From Alteromonas sp. (GTDB taxonomy: Bacteria; Margulisbacteria; Marinamargulisbacteria; UBA6595), in assembly GCA_964220215.1 (NCBI GenBank), contig CAXPTH010000023.1:1-64000 (forward strand): a stretch of DNA of 64,000 nucleotides, read 5' to 3'. The notes under the pieces were generated by a model. The model ran no database searches. It was not told where the DNA came from and saw only the letters and a program-made list of their open reading frames with translations. The position numbers and the translations under genes were made by a program. Below, in pieces: positions 39,379 through 49,051 of the stretch (position 1 is the stretch's first letter; the number at the start of each line of letters is the position of its first letter).

Positions 39379-39946
39379 TTGTTTCTACCTCTAATTCAGT
39401 CTGTTTAACTGCCGTTCTTGTTTTCTTTTGGACATCAGAAACGAAAAATTTAACACCTCTAAACGCACACTCTTCATCATAGTCGCGCAAACATTCCAGA
39501 GCCATGACCGTTGCCTTAGCTGCATTCATCGGATTGTTGGACCCATGACACTTTGCCACCACATCGTTAACCCCCAACGCTTGTAAAACAACCCGAACAG
39601 ACCCACCCGCAATAATACCCGTTCCGGGCTTCGCTGGGCGAATAACAACCGTAGCACCACCAAACCGAGCTTGTACTTCATGGTTGACTGTTCGGTCAAC
39701 ACCTTTAATGGCAAACATATTTTTTTTGGCTTGGGCCAACGCGGTTTGAATCCCCAACGGAACCTCTTTGGATTTCCCTAAACCCAAACCGATTTTTCCA
39801 TTTTTATCCCCCACCACGACAAACACACGAAACGACATTCGGCGTCCACCTTTTACAACTTTATTGACTCGGCTAATTTGAACAACTTCTTCAAAAAACT
39901 CTTTTGTTCCGTCTGATCCTCCGTCTCGAATTGCTGTACTGTTCAT
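39368..39946 (-). CDS. rpsE: 30S ribosomal protein S5
   Basis: [28 protein letters not shown]. Confidence 0.96.
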   Translation of the reverse strand: MNSTAIRDGGSDGTKEFFEEVVQISRVNKVVKGGRRMSFRVFVVVGDKNGKIGLGLGKSKEVPLGIQTALAQAKKNMFAIKGVDRTVNHEVQARFGGATVVIRPAKPGTGIIAGGSVRVVLQALGVNDVVAKCHGSNNPMNAAKATVMALECLRDYDEECAFRGVKFFVSDVQKKTRTAVKQTELEVETNEQ

Positions 39947-39958
39947 CTCGTTTATCTC

Positions 39959-40279
39959 CTAAAAATCCAGACCAGCGGATCGAGCAGCATCAGCTAGCGC
40001 TTTAATTCGCCCAGCGTATACCTGATTCCCACGGTCAAACACAACACGCTTAATACCGCCCGCCAATGCACGCTCAGCCAAGGTCGTTCCAACCGCCTGA
40101 GCCGCTGCTATATTTTGGCCACCATCTTTCAGGGATGATGCTTGAATGATTGTATTTCCTACCGAATCATCAATAATTTGAGCAACAATATTTCGATTGC
40201 TTCGAAATACCGATAACCGCAACCGATCCGGGGTGGACTTTATTTTTGTTCGCTTTTGTCGATAATATTTTCTAGACAT
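39959..40279 (-). CDS. rplR: 50S ribosomal protein L18
   Basis: [27 protein letters not shown]. Confidence 0.95.
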   Translation of the reverse strand: MSRKYYRQKRTKIKSTPDRLRLSVFRSNRNIVAQIIDDSVGNTIIQASSLKDGGQNIAAAQAVGTTLAERALAGGIKRVVFDRGNQVYAGRIKALADAARSAGLDF

Positions 40280-40297
40280 AATTTCAACCTACCTTAT

Positions 40298-40837
40298 TTA
40301 TTTTACACTCTTACCGGGTTTTAATCGGGGTGGGCGTCGATCTGAATATCGCACACCTTTACCTTTATACGCATCGGGCTTTCTAAGCTTGAAAATATTA
40401 GCGGCAACCTGGCCCACTTCCTGGTTATTAATGCCACATACCGCAAATCGAGTGGGGGATTCCACTTCAATTGAAACACCTTCGGGTGTTGCAAACTCGA
40501 TGGGGTGCGAGTACCCTAAATACAATCGGATGCCGGTGTTGATTTTTTCGGTTTTATAGCCAACGCCAACCAGTTCCATATTAATTTTAAACCCATCAAC
40601 AACCCCAGCGATCATATTTTTAATCAAAGACCAATACAGCCCCAGCTTAGGATTTGTTGATCCGTTCGAACTATTGACCCCAACCGTTTTAGCCTCAGCA
40701 TCAACAGCCACTACCACGCTGGAATCAATCGCCTGGGTTAACTCACCTTTTGGCCCCTTCACTGCAACAGCACCATCGACAACAGTGATTGTTACGGAAT
40801 CGGGATAGTTCAATAATCGTTTTGCTAATCGTGACAT
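40298..40837 (-). CDS. rplF: 50S ribosomal protein L6
   Basis: VKGPKGEL, GVGYK, LGYSHP, PDAYKGKGVRY. Confidence 0.96.
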   Translation of the reverse strand: MSRLAKRLLNYPDSVTITVVDGAVAVKGPKGELTQAIDSSVVVAVDAEAKTVGVNSSNGSTNPKLGLYWSLIKNMIAGVVDGFKINMELVGVGYKTEKINTGIRLYLGYSHPIEFATPEGVSIEVESPTRFAVCGINNQEVGQVAANIFKLRKPDAYKGKGVRYSDRRPPRLKPGKSVK

Positions 40838-40849
40838 ACCATAACCCTC

Positions 40850-41248
40850 CTAATGAACCGAACCAATGAGCTCGCCGCCAACTTTCGCCAGACGTGCCGC
40901 CTTACCACTCAACACCCCTTTACTGGTTGACAAGAACACAAGCCCAAACCCACTGTTTAACTTGGGAATCTGGGTACATGCGACATACACCCGCTTACTG
41001 GATTTGCTAATTCGCTTTAAAGCACGAATGGCTGGGCTTTTGTCATCCCGGTATTTTAATACAACAGCCAGGGAGCGCTTATTGGATGCATCACCCACCA
41101 CTGAATAGGACTCAACAAAGCCCTCTTGGACTAAAATTTTACATAACGACTCTTTCAAGTTGGAATGCGGAATCAGCACCTCTGCATGCTTTACCATGAG
41201 GGCATTTCGAATCCGTGTAAACATATCTGCAATTGGATCACAAACCAT
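40850..41248 (-). CDS. rpsH: 30S ribosomal protein S8
   Basis: DPIADMFTRIRNA, STSKGV, VGGE. Confidence 0.96.
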   Translation of the reverse strand: MVCDPIADMFTRIRNALMVKHAEVLIPHSNLKESLCKILVQEGFVESYSVVGDASNKRSLAVVLKYRDDKSPAIRALKRISKSSKRVYVACTQIPKLNSGFGLVFLSTSKGVLSGKAARLAKVGGELIGSVH

Positions 41249-41260
41249 AACTAATCTCTC

Positions 41261-41443
41261 CTACCAAGACGATTTCGTTACACCGGGCAGCATGCCTGAA
41301 GCTGCCAATGAACGAAAACATAACCGACAAATTCCAAAAAAACGCATATACCCTCGAGGCCGACCACAGACTGAACATCGGTTCCGATGTTGAACAGTAC
41401 CTTCTTTGCGCTTATTGTTTATTTTTTTTGATGTTTTAGCCAT
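41261..41443 (-). CDS. rpsN: 30S ribosomal protein S14 type Z (zinc)
   Basis: [24 protein letters not shown]. Confidence 0.96.
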   Translation of the reverse strand: MAKTSKKINNKRKEGTVQHRNRCSVCGRPRGYMRFFGICRLCFRSLAASGMLPGVTKSSW

Positions 41444-41460
41444 TCTATACTCTCCAGACC

Positions 41461-42051
41461 TTACGCAAGCTTGCGCTTACCACCAACTCGAAACGGCATG
41501 CCGTAACATTTCAATAAATCCATTGCCTCATCATCCGTCTTGGCTGATGTCACAATTGTGATGTCCAAACCACGTTCACGATCTGTTTCACGATTCGCTT
41601 CTGGAAATACTGACGTATCCGTCAAACCCAAATTATAGTTTCCAGAGCCATCAAACGCACGGGGAGAAACACCTCGGAAATCACGAATTTTTGGCAAAGC
41701 TAAGTGAATTAACTTTATCAAAAACAACTTCGCTTTTTTTCCTCTCAATGTCACTTTCACGCCATTAATTTGACCTTCTCTTAGTTTGAAGTTTGATATT
41801 GATTTTTTCGCTGTTGTTAAAACCGGCTTTTGAGCAGCTATTTCGGCCAACTGATCCATTGAAATATCAATACACTTGGTATTTACAATTGCTTCGCCAA
41901 GTCCCCGGTGCAATATGATTTTCACAATGTCTGGAACCTGCATAACATTATCGTATTGATATTTCTCAGACAATTCTTTAAATGCACGCTCTGAGAAATC
42001 TTGAACGATATGCTTCTTTTTTTCTTTTGATGTTGCTTTACTATTTGCCAA
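41461..42051 (-). CDS. rplE: 50S ribosomal protein L5
   Basis: [36 protein letters not shown] start 42051 with GAGAGG upstream. Confidence 0.95.
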   Translation of the reverse strand: MANSKATSKEKKKHIVQDFSERAFKELSEKYQYDNVMQVPDIVKIILHRGLGEAIVNTKCIDISMDQLAEIAAQKPVLTTAKKSISNFKLREGQINGVKVTLRGKKAKLFLIKLIHLALPKIRDFRGVSPRAFDGSGNYNLGLTDTSVFPEANRETDRERGLDITIVTSAKTDDEAMDLLKCYGMPFRVGGKRKLA

Positions 42052-42358
42052 TTTCCTCTCCCGTACGAACACTTACACGAACTTTTGAACCATCCGCTAA
42101 CGATTGAACCCGAACCCGAGTTCCTTTTCCGTCTTTTGGATCAACAATCATAACATTGGACCAGCTGATTGGCGTTTCAATATCAAAAATACCCCCCTCC
42201 GGATTTTCTTGACTGCGCTTTACACATTTCTTGCGAATTGAGACACCCTTAACCGTTACCTTTTTTTTGGCAAGATCCACAGACAGAATCTCACCAACTG
42301 TGCCTTTGTCTTTGCCTGAAACAACTATAACCTGATCACCTTTTTTAAACTTATTCAT
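42041..42358 (-). CDS. rplX: 50S ribosomal protein L24
   Basis: KKGDQVIVVSGKDKG, ETPISWSNV; start ATG 42358. Confidence 0.95.
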   Translation of the reverse strand: MNKFKKGDQVIVVSGKDKGTVGEILSVDLAKKKVTVKGVSIRKKCVKRSQENPEGGIFDIETPISWSNVMIVDPKDGKGTRVRVQSLADGSKVRVSVRTGEEIGK

Positions 42359-42368
42359 ATCAAACCTC

Positions 42369-42740
42369 TTATAAGACCTCTGGTGCCAAGGACGAAATTT
42401 TAGAGTATCCGCCATCCCGAACTTCCCGAGCAATTGGGCCAAACACACGTGTCGCCAAAGGCTCTTGGTCTTTACCGCTCAACAATACAACGGCATTGTC
42501 ATCAAAGGTGATATTGCTGCCGTCTCGACGACGCTTTTTTGATACCGTTCGAACAACAACGGCCTTATGAATTTCACTTTTTTTCACCTGACCAGATGAA
42601 CTTGCCTTTTTAACAACCACAATAATCATATCGCCAACATACGCATATCGACGGCGGGTACCACCCAATATTTTAATGCAAAGCACTTCCTTTGCCCCGG
42701 AGTTATCCGCAACTTGCAACCGAGTTTCTTGTTGTATCAT
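42369..42740 (-). CDS. rplN: 50S ribosomal protein L14
   Basis: [26 protein letters not shown]. Confidence 0.97.
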   Translation of the reverse strand: MIQQETRLQVADNSGAKEVLCIKILGGTRRRYAYVGDMIIVVVKKASSSGQVKKSEIHKAVVVRTVSKKRRRDGSNITFDDNAVVLLSGKDQEPLATRVFGPIAREVRDGGYSKISSLAPEVL

Positions 42741-42991
42741 GATACAACCTCAGCCGCTTTTTTAGACACGACTCGCCATCGCTTTCGTTTACTTAGCGGA
42801 CGACACTCTGTGATCACAACATCGTCTCCGACAGAAATTGTATCATCAACACAATGAACCAAATACTTTTTTGAATACCGAACAACTTTTTGGTATACCG
42901 GGTGTGGACGACGTGTTTCTACAACAACGGAGAGCGTTTTTTCACCCGAAACACTCACAACTTTTCCAACTTTTGTTTTCTTTAATCCCAT
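42737..42991 (-). CDS. rpsQ: 30S ribosomal protein S17
   Basis: [27 protein letters not shown]. Confidence 0.96.
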   Translation of the reverse strand: MGLKKTKVGKVVSVSGEKTLSVVVETRRPHPVYQKVVRYSKKYLVHCVDDTISVGDDVVITECRPLSKRKRWRVVSKKAAEVVS

Positions 42992-42993
42992 AA

Positions 42994-43158
42994 TTACATC
43001 CTATCGTTTATACGGGACTGAGTCAACAACTGAGCAATAGCAACCCGTTTCTTTTTCAACACCGAAGAGTCTTTCAAGTCACCCCGATAAAACTGAGTAA
43101 ACAATGCATCCAACTCTTGCTTCAAAACACCAATTTTTTCATTTACATCAGGCGACAT
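42994..43158 (-). CDS. rpmC: 50S ribosomal protein L29, short divergent form (54 aa), missed by the ORF track
   Basis: [46 protein letters not shown]...; syntenic between rplP and rpsQ; AAGGAG RBS. Confidence 0.82.
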   Translation of the reverse strand: MSPDVNEKIGVLKQELDALFTQFYRGDLKDSSVLKKKRVAIAQLLTQSRINDRM

Positions 43159-43573
43159 AGACAGACTCCTTTTGTTTGAACTTCAATTTCTTGAGCGGCA
43201 ACTTAAAACCAGCCAACTGAAACGCACGACGTGCCACTTCTTCAGAGACACCCGCCAACTCAAACAAAATTTTTCCGCGTTTCACAGGAGCTGCCCAGTA
43301 CTTCAAGTCACCTTTTCCTTTACCCATTCGCGTCTCTGCTGGCAATTCACTAATTGGCTTGTCTGGGAAAATACGGATCCAAACTTTACCACCCCGTTTG
43401 ATGTATCGGGTAATCACACGCCGTGCCGCTTCAATTTGACGATCGGTCACAAACCCACCTTCAAGCGCTTGCAAACCATAATCACCAAATGACACGGCAG
43501 TGCCATTCCCCGCTAAACCGCGAAGCCTTCCGCGCTGCTTTTTTCTGTATTTTGTTTTTTTAGGTAATAACAT
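43148..43573 (-). CDS. rplP: 50S ribosomal protein L16
   Basis: [34 protein letters not shown]. Confidence 0.97.
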   Translation of the reverse strand: MLLPKKTKYRKKQRGRLRGLAGNGTAVSFGDYGLQALEGGFVTDRQIEAARRVITRYIKRGGKVWIRIFPDKPISELPAETRMGKGKGDLKYWAAPVKRGKILFELAGVSEEVARRAFQLAGFKLPLKKLKFKQKESVYVA

Positions 43574-43584
43574 CCACGATCTCC

Positions 43585-44253
43585 TTACTCTTGCTCACTC
43601 ATTATTACCGGCAATGTTTCGGATTTCGTATTGGACACTTCACCAGTAAAGACCCACACTTTAACACCAATAATGCCGTAGGTTGTATGCGCTTCACAGG
43701 TTGCATACTTGATTTTAGCTCGAAATGTATGCAATGGCACACGCCCTTCTCGATACCATTCTCGTCGAGCAATTTCAGCCCCAGCCAATCGACCGGAACA
43801 TTCCACACGGATACCTTCAGCTCCGGATTTCATCGCACGCTGCACCACCGATTTCATGGCACGTCGAAAGTGAAACCGCTTTTCCAACTGAGCGGCTAAT
43901 GTTTCAGCGATTAATTGAGCACTAGTTTCAATGCTTTTTTCTTCTTTAATATTAATGTTAACATCGCATTGCAATTTATCTCGAAGATCTTGACGCAAAA
44001 TTGCAATGTCCCCGCCACCTTTACCAATAATTAAACCGGGACGAGAGGCATAAACCTCAATATTAACATGACCCGACTTGCGTAAAATTCGAACAGAGGA
44101 AATCCCGGCCCCTTTCAATTTTTGTTTAATATGCCGTCGAATTTCTAAATCCTGAATTAAATAGTTTGCATACTGATCTTTTGCAAACCATACACTACTG
44201 GATTCCTCAACAATACCCAATCGAAGGGCTGTTGGATTTGATTTTTGGCCCAT
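43585..44253 (-). CDS. rpsC: 30S ribosomal protein S3
   Basis: [35 protein letters not shown]. Confidence 0.97.
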   Translation of the reverse strand: MGQKSNPTALRLGIVEESSSVWFAKDQYANYLIQDLEIRRHIKQKLKGAGISSVRILRKSGHVNIEVYASRPGLIIGKGGGDIAILRQDLRDKLQCDVNINIKEEKSIETSAQLIAETLAAQLEKRFHFRRAMKSVVQRAMKSGAEGIRVECSGRLAGAEIARREWYREGRVPLHTFRAKIKYATCEAHTTYGIIGVKVWVFTGEVSNTKSETLPVIMSEQE

Positions 44254-44618
44254 TACACTTCACCTCCTGGAACGACAACACGCACATCAATGTGAGACGA
44301 TCGCTTTAAAATTTGACACATCCGCCCCTTTGCCCGCGGCCGATACCGCTTCATCACTGGCGCTTCATTCACCATAATAACAGCCACTTGCGCAGCCGAA
44401 GAATCAACACTGTCTGACACCTGTGTAACATTGGCATACGCTGAACGAATCACTTTTGCCAATAAAAATGCGCCTTTGTGGGGCAAGTTGTCTAAAATAC
44501 CCAATGCAACATGCACCGACTTGCCTCGCACCAAATTGGCAATGCGACGCACTTTAAATGGAGACACGCGAACATACTTAGCGATGGCGCGTTTTTGAAT
44601 ACCGCTTTCAACTGTCAT
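44253..44618 (-). CDS. rplV: 50S ribosomal protein L22
   Basis: RVSPFKVR, SAYAN, RPRAKGR, KRSSHI. Confidence 0.96.
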   Translation of the reverse strand: MTVESGIQKRAIAKYVRVSPFKVRRIANLVRGKSVHVALGILDNLPHKGAFLLAKVIRSAYANVTQVSDSVDSSAAQVAVIMVNEAPVMKRYRPRAKGRMCQILKRSSHIDVRVVVPGGEV

Positions 44619-44881
44619 TATTTCTGCCCCGCATGTGCTTTAAATGTTCGCGTAAACGCAAACTCGCCCAACTTACAACCCACTTTGTCTTCGGATATAT
44701 GGACCGGGATATGCTTTTTGCCATTATGAACACCAATGGTCAATCCAACCATTTCTGGAATTACCATAGAACCCCGAGACCACGTAACAATAATGCTTGA
44801 ATTCCCAGATTCTTTTGCCGCTAAAACTTTCTTTAACAATGACGCCTCAACAAAGGGGCCTTTTTTTAATGACCTAGCCAT
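44618..44881 (-). CDS. rpsS: 30S ribosomal protein S19
   Basis: [26 protein letters not shown]. Confidence 0.97.
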   Translation of the reverse strand: MARSLKKGPFVEASLLKKVLAAKESGNSSIIVTWSRGSMVIPEMVGLTIGVHNGKKHIPVHISEDKVGCKLGEFAFTRTFKAHAGQK

Positions 44882-44897
44882 ACCTTCCTACTCCTAC

Positions 44898-45716
44898 CTA
44901 TTTTCTCACTCTAACAATTAGCGCATTGGACTGCTTATTCTTTTTTCGCGTCTTCTTAAACACAGACTTGCCCCACTTTGTTCGGGGTCCAGCAGCACCC
45001 ACTGGGGCCTTGCCTTCTCCACCACCATGGGGGTGATCACACGCATTCATTGCAGCACCCCGGACAACCGGACGACGACCACGCCAACGATTCGCGCCTG
45101 CTTTTCCAATTTTTTTGTTTCGATTATCTGAATTGCCAACCTGACCAATAACCGCATAACAATTCACATGAACTTTACGCACTTCACCCGATGGCAATTT
45201 AATCATGGCGTAATTTCCATACTTCGACAACAAGGTCGCAGAAGCCCCCGCAGAACGCACCAACTTAGCACCACCACCAATGTTGATTTCAACATTGTGA
45301 ATATCCGCACCGGTTGGAATCATGTGCAGTGGCAATGCATTACCCGGACGAACCTCTGCTTTTTCACCGGATACGATCACATCACCAACTTTGGATTTGC
45401 TTGGCGCTAAAATGTAGCCTTTGGCTCCGTTTTCATAAACAACAAGGGCTATGGCAGCCGTCCGGTTTGGATCATACTCAAACCGAACAATGCGCCCTGG
45501 AACTGTTGGGAATTTTGAAAATGTAATCTGACGATACTGACGCCGAGAACCGCCGCCACGATGCCGAACGGTAATTCTACCGGTATTGTTTCGACCGGAC
45601 TTCTTTTTTAACGGCTTAAGCAAAGAGGCCTCTGCTGGACCCCGATACCCGTCATGAACTAGAACTTCTCGCTGACGAAGACCGTTGGATGTTGATTTAT
45701 ATTTTTTTGTTGCCAT
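44898..45716 (-). CDS. rplB: 50S ribosomal protein L2
   Basis: GRNNTGRITVRHRGGG, EYDPNR, DHPHGGGEG. Confidence 0.98.
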   Translation of the reverse strand: MATKKYKSTSNGLRQREVLVHDGYRGPAEASLLKPLKKKSGRNNTGRITVRHRGGGSRRQYRQITFSKFPTVPGRIVRFEYDPNRTAAIALVVYENGAKGYILAPSKSKVGDVIVSGEKAEVRPGNALPLHMIPTGADIHNVEINIGGGAKLVRSAGASATLLSKYGNYAMIKLPSGEVRKVHVNCYAVIGQVGNSDNRNKKIGKAGANRWRGRRPVVRGAAMNACDHPHGGGEGKAPVGAAGPRTKWGKSVFKKTRKKNKQSNALIVRVRK

Positions 45717-45730
45717 GATTTATACCCTAC

Positions 45731-46015
45731 CTACACCAATGCCTTTAACTTCTCAAAACTGGCTGAATCACGAACAGTCACCACTATTTTTTGACGCTCT
45801 TTGGTAAACCCAACTACACGTCCGCGCCGTCGCTGCTTGGACTCTTTAACCAATGTATGCACAGCATCAACACGAACATCATGCACTTCAGAAAAATATT
45901 GCTTCCATTGAATTTTATTCAACTTAGACCCCAAATTTAAAAATACAATTTTATTTTGAGATACCAAATCATTGGTTTTTTCGGATAAATAAGGTTTTAA
46001 TCGAACATCAAACAC
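45731..46015 (-). CDS. rplW: 50S ribosomal protein L23 (divergent)
   Basis: P.LSEK, NK.Q.K, V.V..V.T, K.RR.GR..G; syntenic between rplD and rplB. Confidence 0.85.
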   Translation of the reverse strand: MFDVRLKPYLSEKTNDLVSQNKIVFLNLGSKLNKIQWKQYFSEVHDVRVDAVHTLVKESKQRRRGRVVGFTKERQKIVVTVRDSASFEKLKALV

Positions 46016-46616
46016 AGTACAACTCCTGAAATTTTGCTAACTGATCACGAAACACAACAATTGAGTCCGCACGCAAGACGGATTCAATTGCAATATCCGC
46101 AAGCAAACAAACATCAACATTGGCATAGTTAAAAAACGATAACGGACGATCCAAACTATCGACAAGAAATAAAAACCGATTATCACCACCAAACAGCCCA
46201 CGCCACTCTTTGGCTTTCATCGATTCTGGCGATGGCGCATCCAACACAACCAACTTGTCTGAATTTAGAGCTAAAGCTGAAACAATCCCCAACTTCGCAA
46301 TTTTTTTAGGTAAATCCGTACTCAGATCCCGGGTGACGCGACCAAACGCCTTTCCGCCGCCGACCATCAACGGGGATCGAGATCCCCCTTTTCGAGCACG
46401 CCCGGTTCCTTTTTGGCGATACATTTTTTTACCGCCACCACGAACATCTTTACGACTTTTAAATGTGCCAGTTCCACTGCGCTCTCGCTTGCGCTGATGC
46501 TGATACATTAAATAGACCAAATGCTCATTGGCATGGTGGTCGCTCAATGGAAAGGAAACAGATTCCTGACCAACCGAATCCCCAGAAAAATTCAAAACAT
46601 TAATTGAAACACTCAT
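46008..46616 (-). CDS. rplD: 50S ribosomal protein L4
   Basis: RSGT...K.R.DVRGGGKK.YRQKGTGRAR.G..RSP..VGGG.AFG. Confidence 0.93.
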   Translation of the reverse strand: MSVSINVLNFSGDSVGQESVSFPLSDHHANEHLVYLMYQHQRKRERSGTGTFKSRKDVRGGGKKMYRQKGTGRARKGGSRSPLMVGGGKAFGRVTRDLSTDLPKKIAKLGIVSALALNSDKLVVLDAPSPESMKAKEWRGLFGGDNRFLFLVDSLDRPLSFFNYANVDVCLLADIAIESVLRADSIVVFRDQLAKFQELYCV

Positions 46617-47257
46617 GATCCAACTCCAACTACCACGACGCCGCCTTCAGCACCGGGAACCCCGCCCGCTACAAACAACAAGCCCTTTTCTTCATCCACA
46701 CGAACAACTCGGAGCCCTTGGACGGTCACCATCGTATTGCCATACTGACCCGCCATTTTTTTTCCTTTCAAAACTCGACCTGGGGTTGTTCCACCACCAA
46801 TCGATCCCGTAATTCGATGGCTTTTTGAACCATGGGATTCTGGACCACGTCGAAAATTCCAGCGTCGAATCGTTCCTGAAAAACCACGACCTTTTGATTT
46901 ACTTCGAACAAATACCCGATCATCGGACTCAAATTGCGTGAGGGACAGCGACTCGCCAACTGTCAACGCTGTGTCCGAGGACTGATCCAACAAGAATTCC
47001 GCCAACCACTTATAGACATCGAGCGATTTCTTTTTAAACTGACCCATATGCGCTTTGGTGCATCGCGACAAGCGCGGGGTCCCATATCCCAACAAAATCC
47101 GCTTCGGCTCGTTCTCTTTCGCCTCCGAAGCATCCACCACAACCGATGGAAGGGCTTTCAATGCTGTCACAGAAATGACATCACCACTGTCTTCCATAAT
47201 AAGCTGGGTCATCCCTACCTTTTCAAATATTCCTAATTTTTTTAGTATTTTTTTCAT
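46613..47257 (-). CDS. rplC: 50S ribosomal protein L3
   Basis: KVGMTQ, SKGRGFSG.IRRWNF, SHGS, PGRVLKGKKMAG. Confidence 0.96.
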   Translation of the reverse strand: MKKILKKLGIFEKVGMTQLIMEDSGDVISVTALKALPSVVVDASEAKENEPKRILLGYGTPRLSRCTKAHMGQFKKKSLDVYKWLAEFLLDQSSDTALTVGESLSLTQFESDDRVFVRSKSKGRGFSGTIRRWNFRRGPESHGSKSHRITGSIGGGTTPGRVLKGKKMAGQYGNTMVTVQGLRVVRVDEEKGLLFVAGGVPGAEGGVVVVGVGS

Positions 47258-47303
47258 TAATTATCTCAACTTAAACTCTCTACTTATAAAAACTTTAAAA
47301 TCA

Positions 47304-47346
47304 TCAAGTCATTGCCATTGCACTGGGCAACTTAATTTTGACTTGA
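47304..47346 (-). promoter_or_regulatory. stem-loop in the rplC 5' leader (candidate ribosomal-protein leader)
   Basis: UCAAGUC/GACUUGA outer stem enclosing UUGCC/GGCAA inner stem, between the predicted promoter and rplC. Confidence 0.45.
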
Positions 47347-47369
47347 AATGCTAAAAATCAAGTTTGTTA

Positions 47370-47398
47370 ATAGTAGCGCACATTTAAAGAGATTGCAA
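47370..47398 (-). promoter_or_regulatory. sigma70 promoter of the ribosomal superoperon
   Basis: TTGCAA-17-TACTAT. Confidence 0.6.
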
Positions 47399-47411
47399 GC
47401 CCCAAAAAATT

Positions 47412-47440
47412 TTGGCGAACAAAATTCTGTATGGTATAAC
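47412..47440 (+). promoter_or_regulatory. sigma70 promoter of bioA
   Basis: TTGGCG-17-TATAAC with extended -10 TG. Confidence 0.5.
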
Positions 47441-47482
47441 TATGAAATAATTATTAATAAAATAACCAAAGAAATCTAAAAA

Positions 47483-48814
47483 ATGACAAAATTAAAATCA
47501 AACTCAACGCTTATTGAAAAAGATCTCGCTTACAACTGGCACCCATTTACTCAAATGAAACATCACGAAACCCATCCACCTATACCCATTAAAGGGACGG
47601 ACGGCTGTTACTTGATTGATATGGACAATAATCGTTACTTGGATACCATTTCAAGCTGGTGGTGCACCATCCATGGACACAATCATCCGGCTATTGTTCA
47701 TGCGCTATCCACACAAGCAAAAACAATGTGCCATACCCTGTATGCCGGCACGACCCATCAACCCGTTGCAGACCTCTCTGAAAAACTCGTTGCCATCACA
47801 CCCAAGGGGTTGGATCGCGTATTTTATACAGACAATGGATCAACAGCCATCGAAATGGCCTTGAAATGCTCAGTGGCTTATTTTAAACGAAAAGGATACA
47901 GTCAAAAAACCCGATTTGTATCTTTAGAGCATGGGTACCATGGCGATACCTTGGGCTGCATGAGTGTTAGCCATGTCTCTGAGTTCAATCAAGAATTTAG
48001 CGCCTTGGCCACGCCTGCCATTAAAATTCCAGTCCCCATTGAATTCAACAAGCCAGACCAACTGAATATGAATGGCTTTATTACCTATTGCGCCAACGTG
48101 TTTTCTGGATTCTTAAAATCCAATAACAATGAAGTGGCCGCATTGGTTGTTGAACCCCTGCTGCAAGCTGCCGGCGGATTTCGCATGTATCCGCCACAGT
48201 TTTTAGATATGTTGGGCAACCTCTGCGCCAATTACAACGTGCATTTAATTGTAGATGAAGTGGCAACCGGATTTGGACGCACTGGCCGGTACTTTGCCGT
48301 TGACCATGTCCCCAACTTAAACCCGGATTTCTTGTGTTTATCCAAAGGCCTAACCTCCGGCACCCTCCCTCTGGCCGCCACATTAACAACCCAAAAAATA
48401 TACGACGCCTTTTATGATGACTCAAAATCAAACATGTTTGCTCACGGACATACCTACTGCGCCAATCCCTTAGGCTGTGCTGTGGCATTGGCTACATTGT
48501 CTTTGTTTGAAACCGATCGCACGCTGGACCATGTTGCGAAACTCAGCGCAATGCTGGATAGCAAACACGCCCAATTTAATGCCATTCAGGGGGTCCTGAA
48601 TACTCGGCAATTGGGCAGCATTTTTGCAATGACCATTCCGAGCCTACCCAACATTCATACTGAATTGTGTACCCGCGGTCGCTCAGCCGGATTTTGGCTA
48701 CGCCCACTGGGGGACACATTGTACTTTATGCCCCCCCTGAGCATCCCGGTTAAAACCTATGAACATTTGGTCGATACCGTAGCTGAAATTTTGACGGACA
48801 TTCTTCCTGCGTGA
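47483..48814 (+). CDS. bioA: adenosylmethionine--8-amino-7-oxononanoate transaminase
   Basis: WHPFTQM, SSWWCTIHGH, DNGSTAIE.ALK, YHGDT, DEVATGFGRTG, SKGLT, HGHTY, LRPLG. Confidence 0.93.
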   Translation: MTKLKSNSTLIEKDLAYNWHPFTQMKHHETHPPIPIKGTDGCYLIDMDNNRYLDTISSWWCTIHGHNHPAIVHALSTQAKTMCHTLYAGTTHQPVADLSEKLVAITPKGLDRVFYTDNGSTAIEMALKCSVAYFKRKGYSQKTRFVSLEHGYHGDTLGCMSVSHVSEFNQEFSALATPAIKIPVPIEFNKPDQLNMNGFITYCANVFSGFLKSNNNEVAALVVEPLLQAAGGFRMYPPQFLDMLGNLCANYNVHLIVDEVATGFGRTGRYFAVDHVPNLNPDFLCLSKGLTSGTLPLAATLTTQKIYDAFYDDSKSNMFAHGHTYCANPLGCAVALATLSLFETDRTLDHVAKLSAMLDSKHAQFNAIQGVLNTRQLGSIFAMTIPSLPNIHTELCTRGRSAGFWLRPLGDTLYFMPPLSIPVKTYEHLVDTVAEILTDILPA

Positions 48815-48832
48815 TACAGTTCTGAAAGATCA

Positions 48833-49051
48833 ATGATTATTGTATTACTTATTATTCAAGTGTTATCCGGCCTACTCCTGATTACAGGTGTTTTGCTCCA
48901 TCAGCCCAGTGGAGAAGGCCTTGGGGGCATGACTGGCCAATCGCGTGTATTTAATCATAGAAGCGGTCTTGAAAAGGGACTGAACCAATTCACAGCCACG
49001 GTGGCGGGTGTTTTTATGATTAGTTCGATTTTATTGGCCGTCATTCAATAG
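48833..49051 (+). CDS. secG: preprotein translocase SecG
   Basis: Two TM helices, VLLHQPSGEGLGG, GLEKGL..FT. Confidence 0.9.
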   Translation: MIIVLLIIQVLSGLLLITGVLLHQPSGEGLGGMTGQSRVFNHRSGLEKGLNQFTATVAGVFMISSILLAVIQ

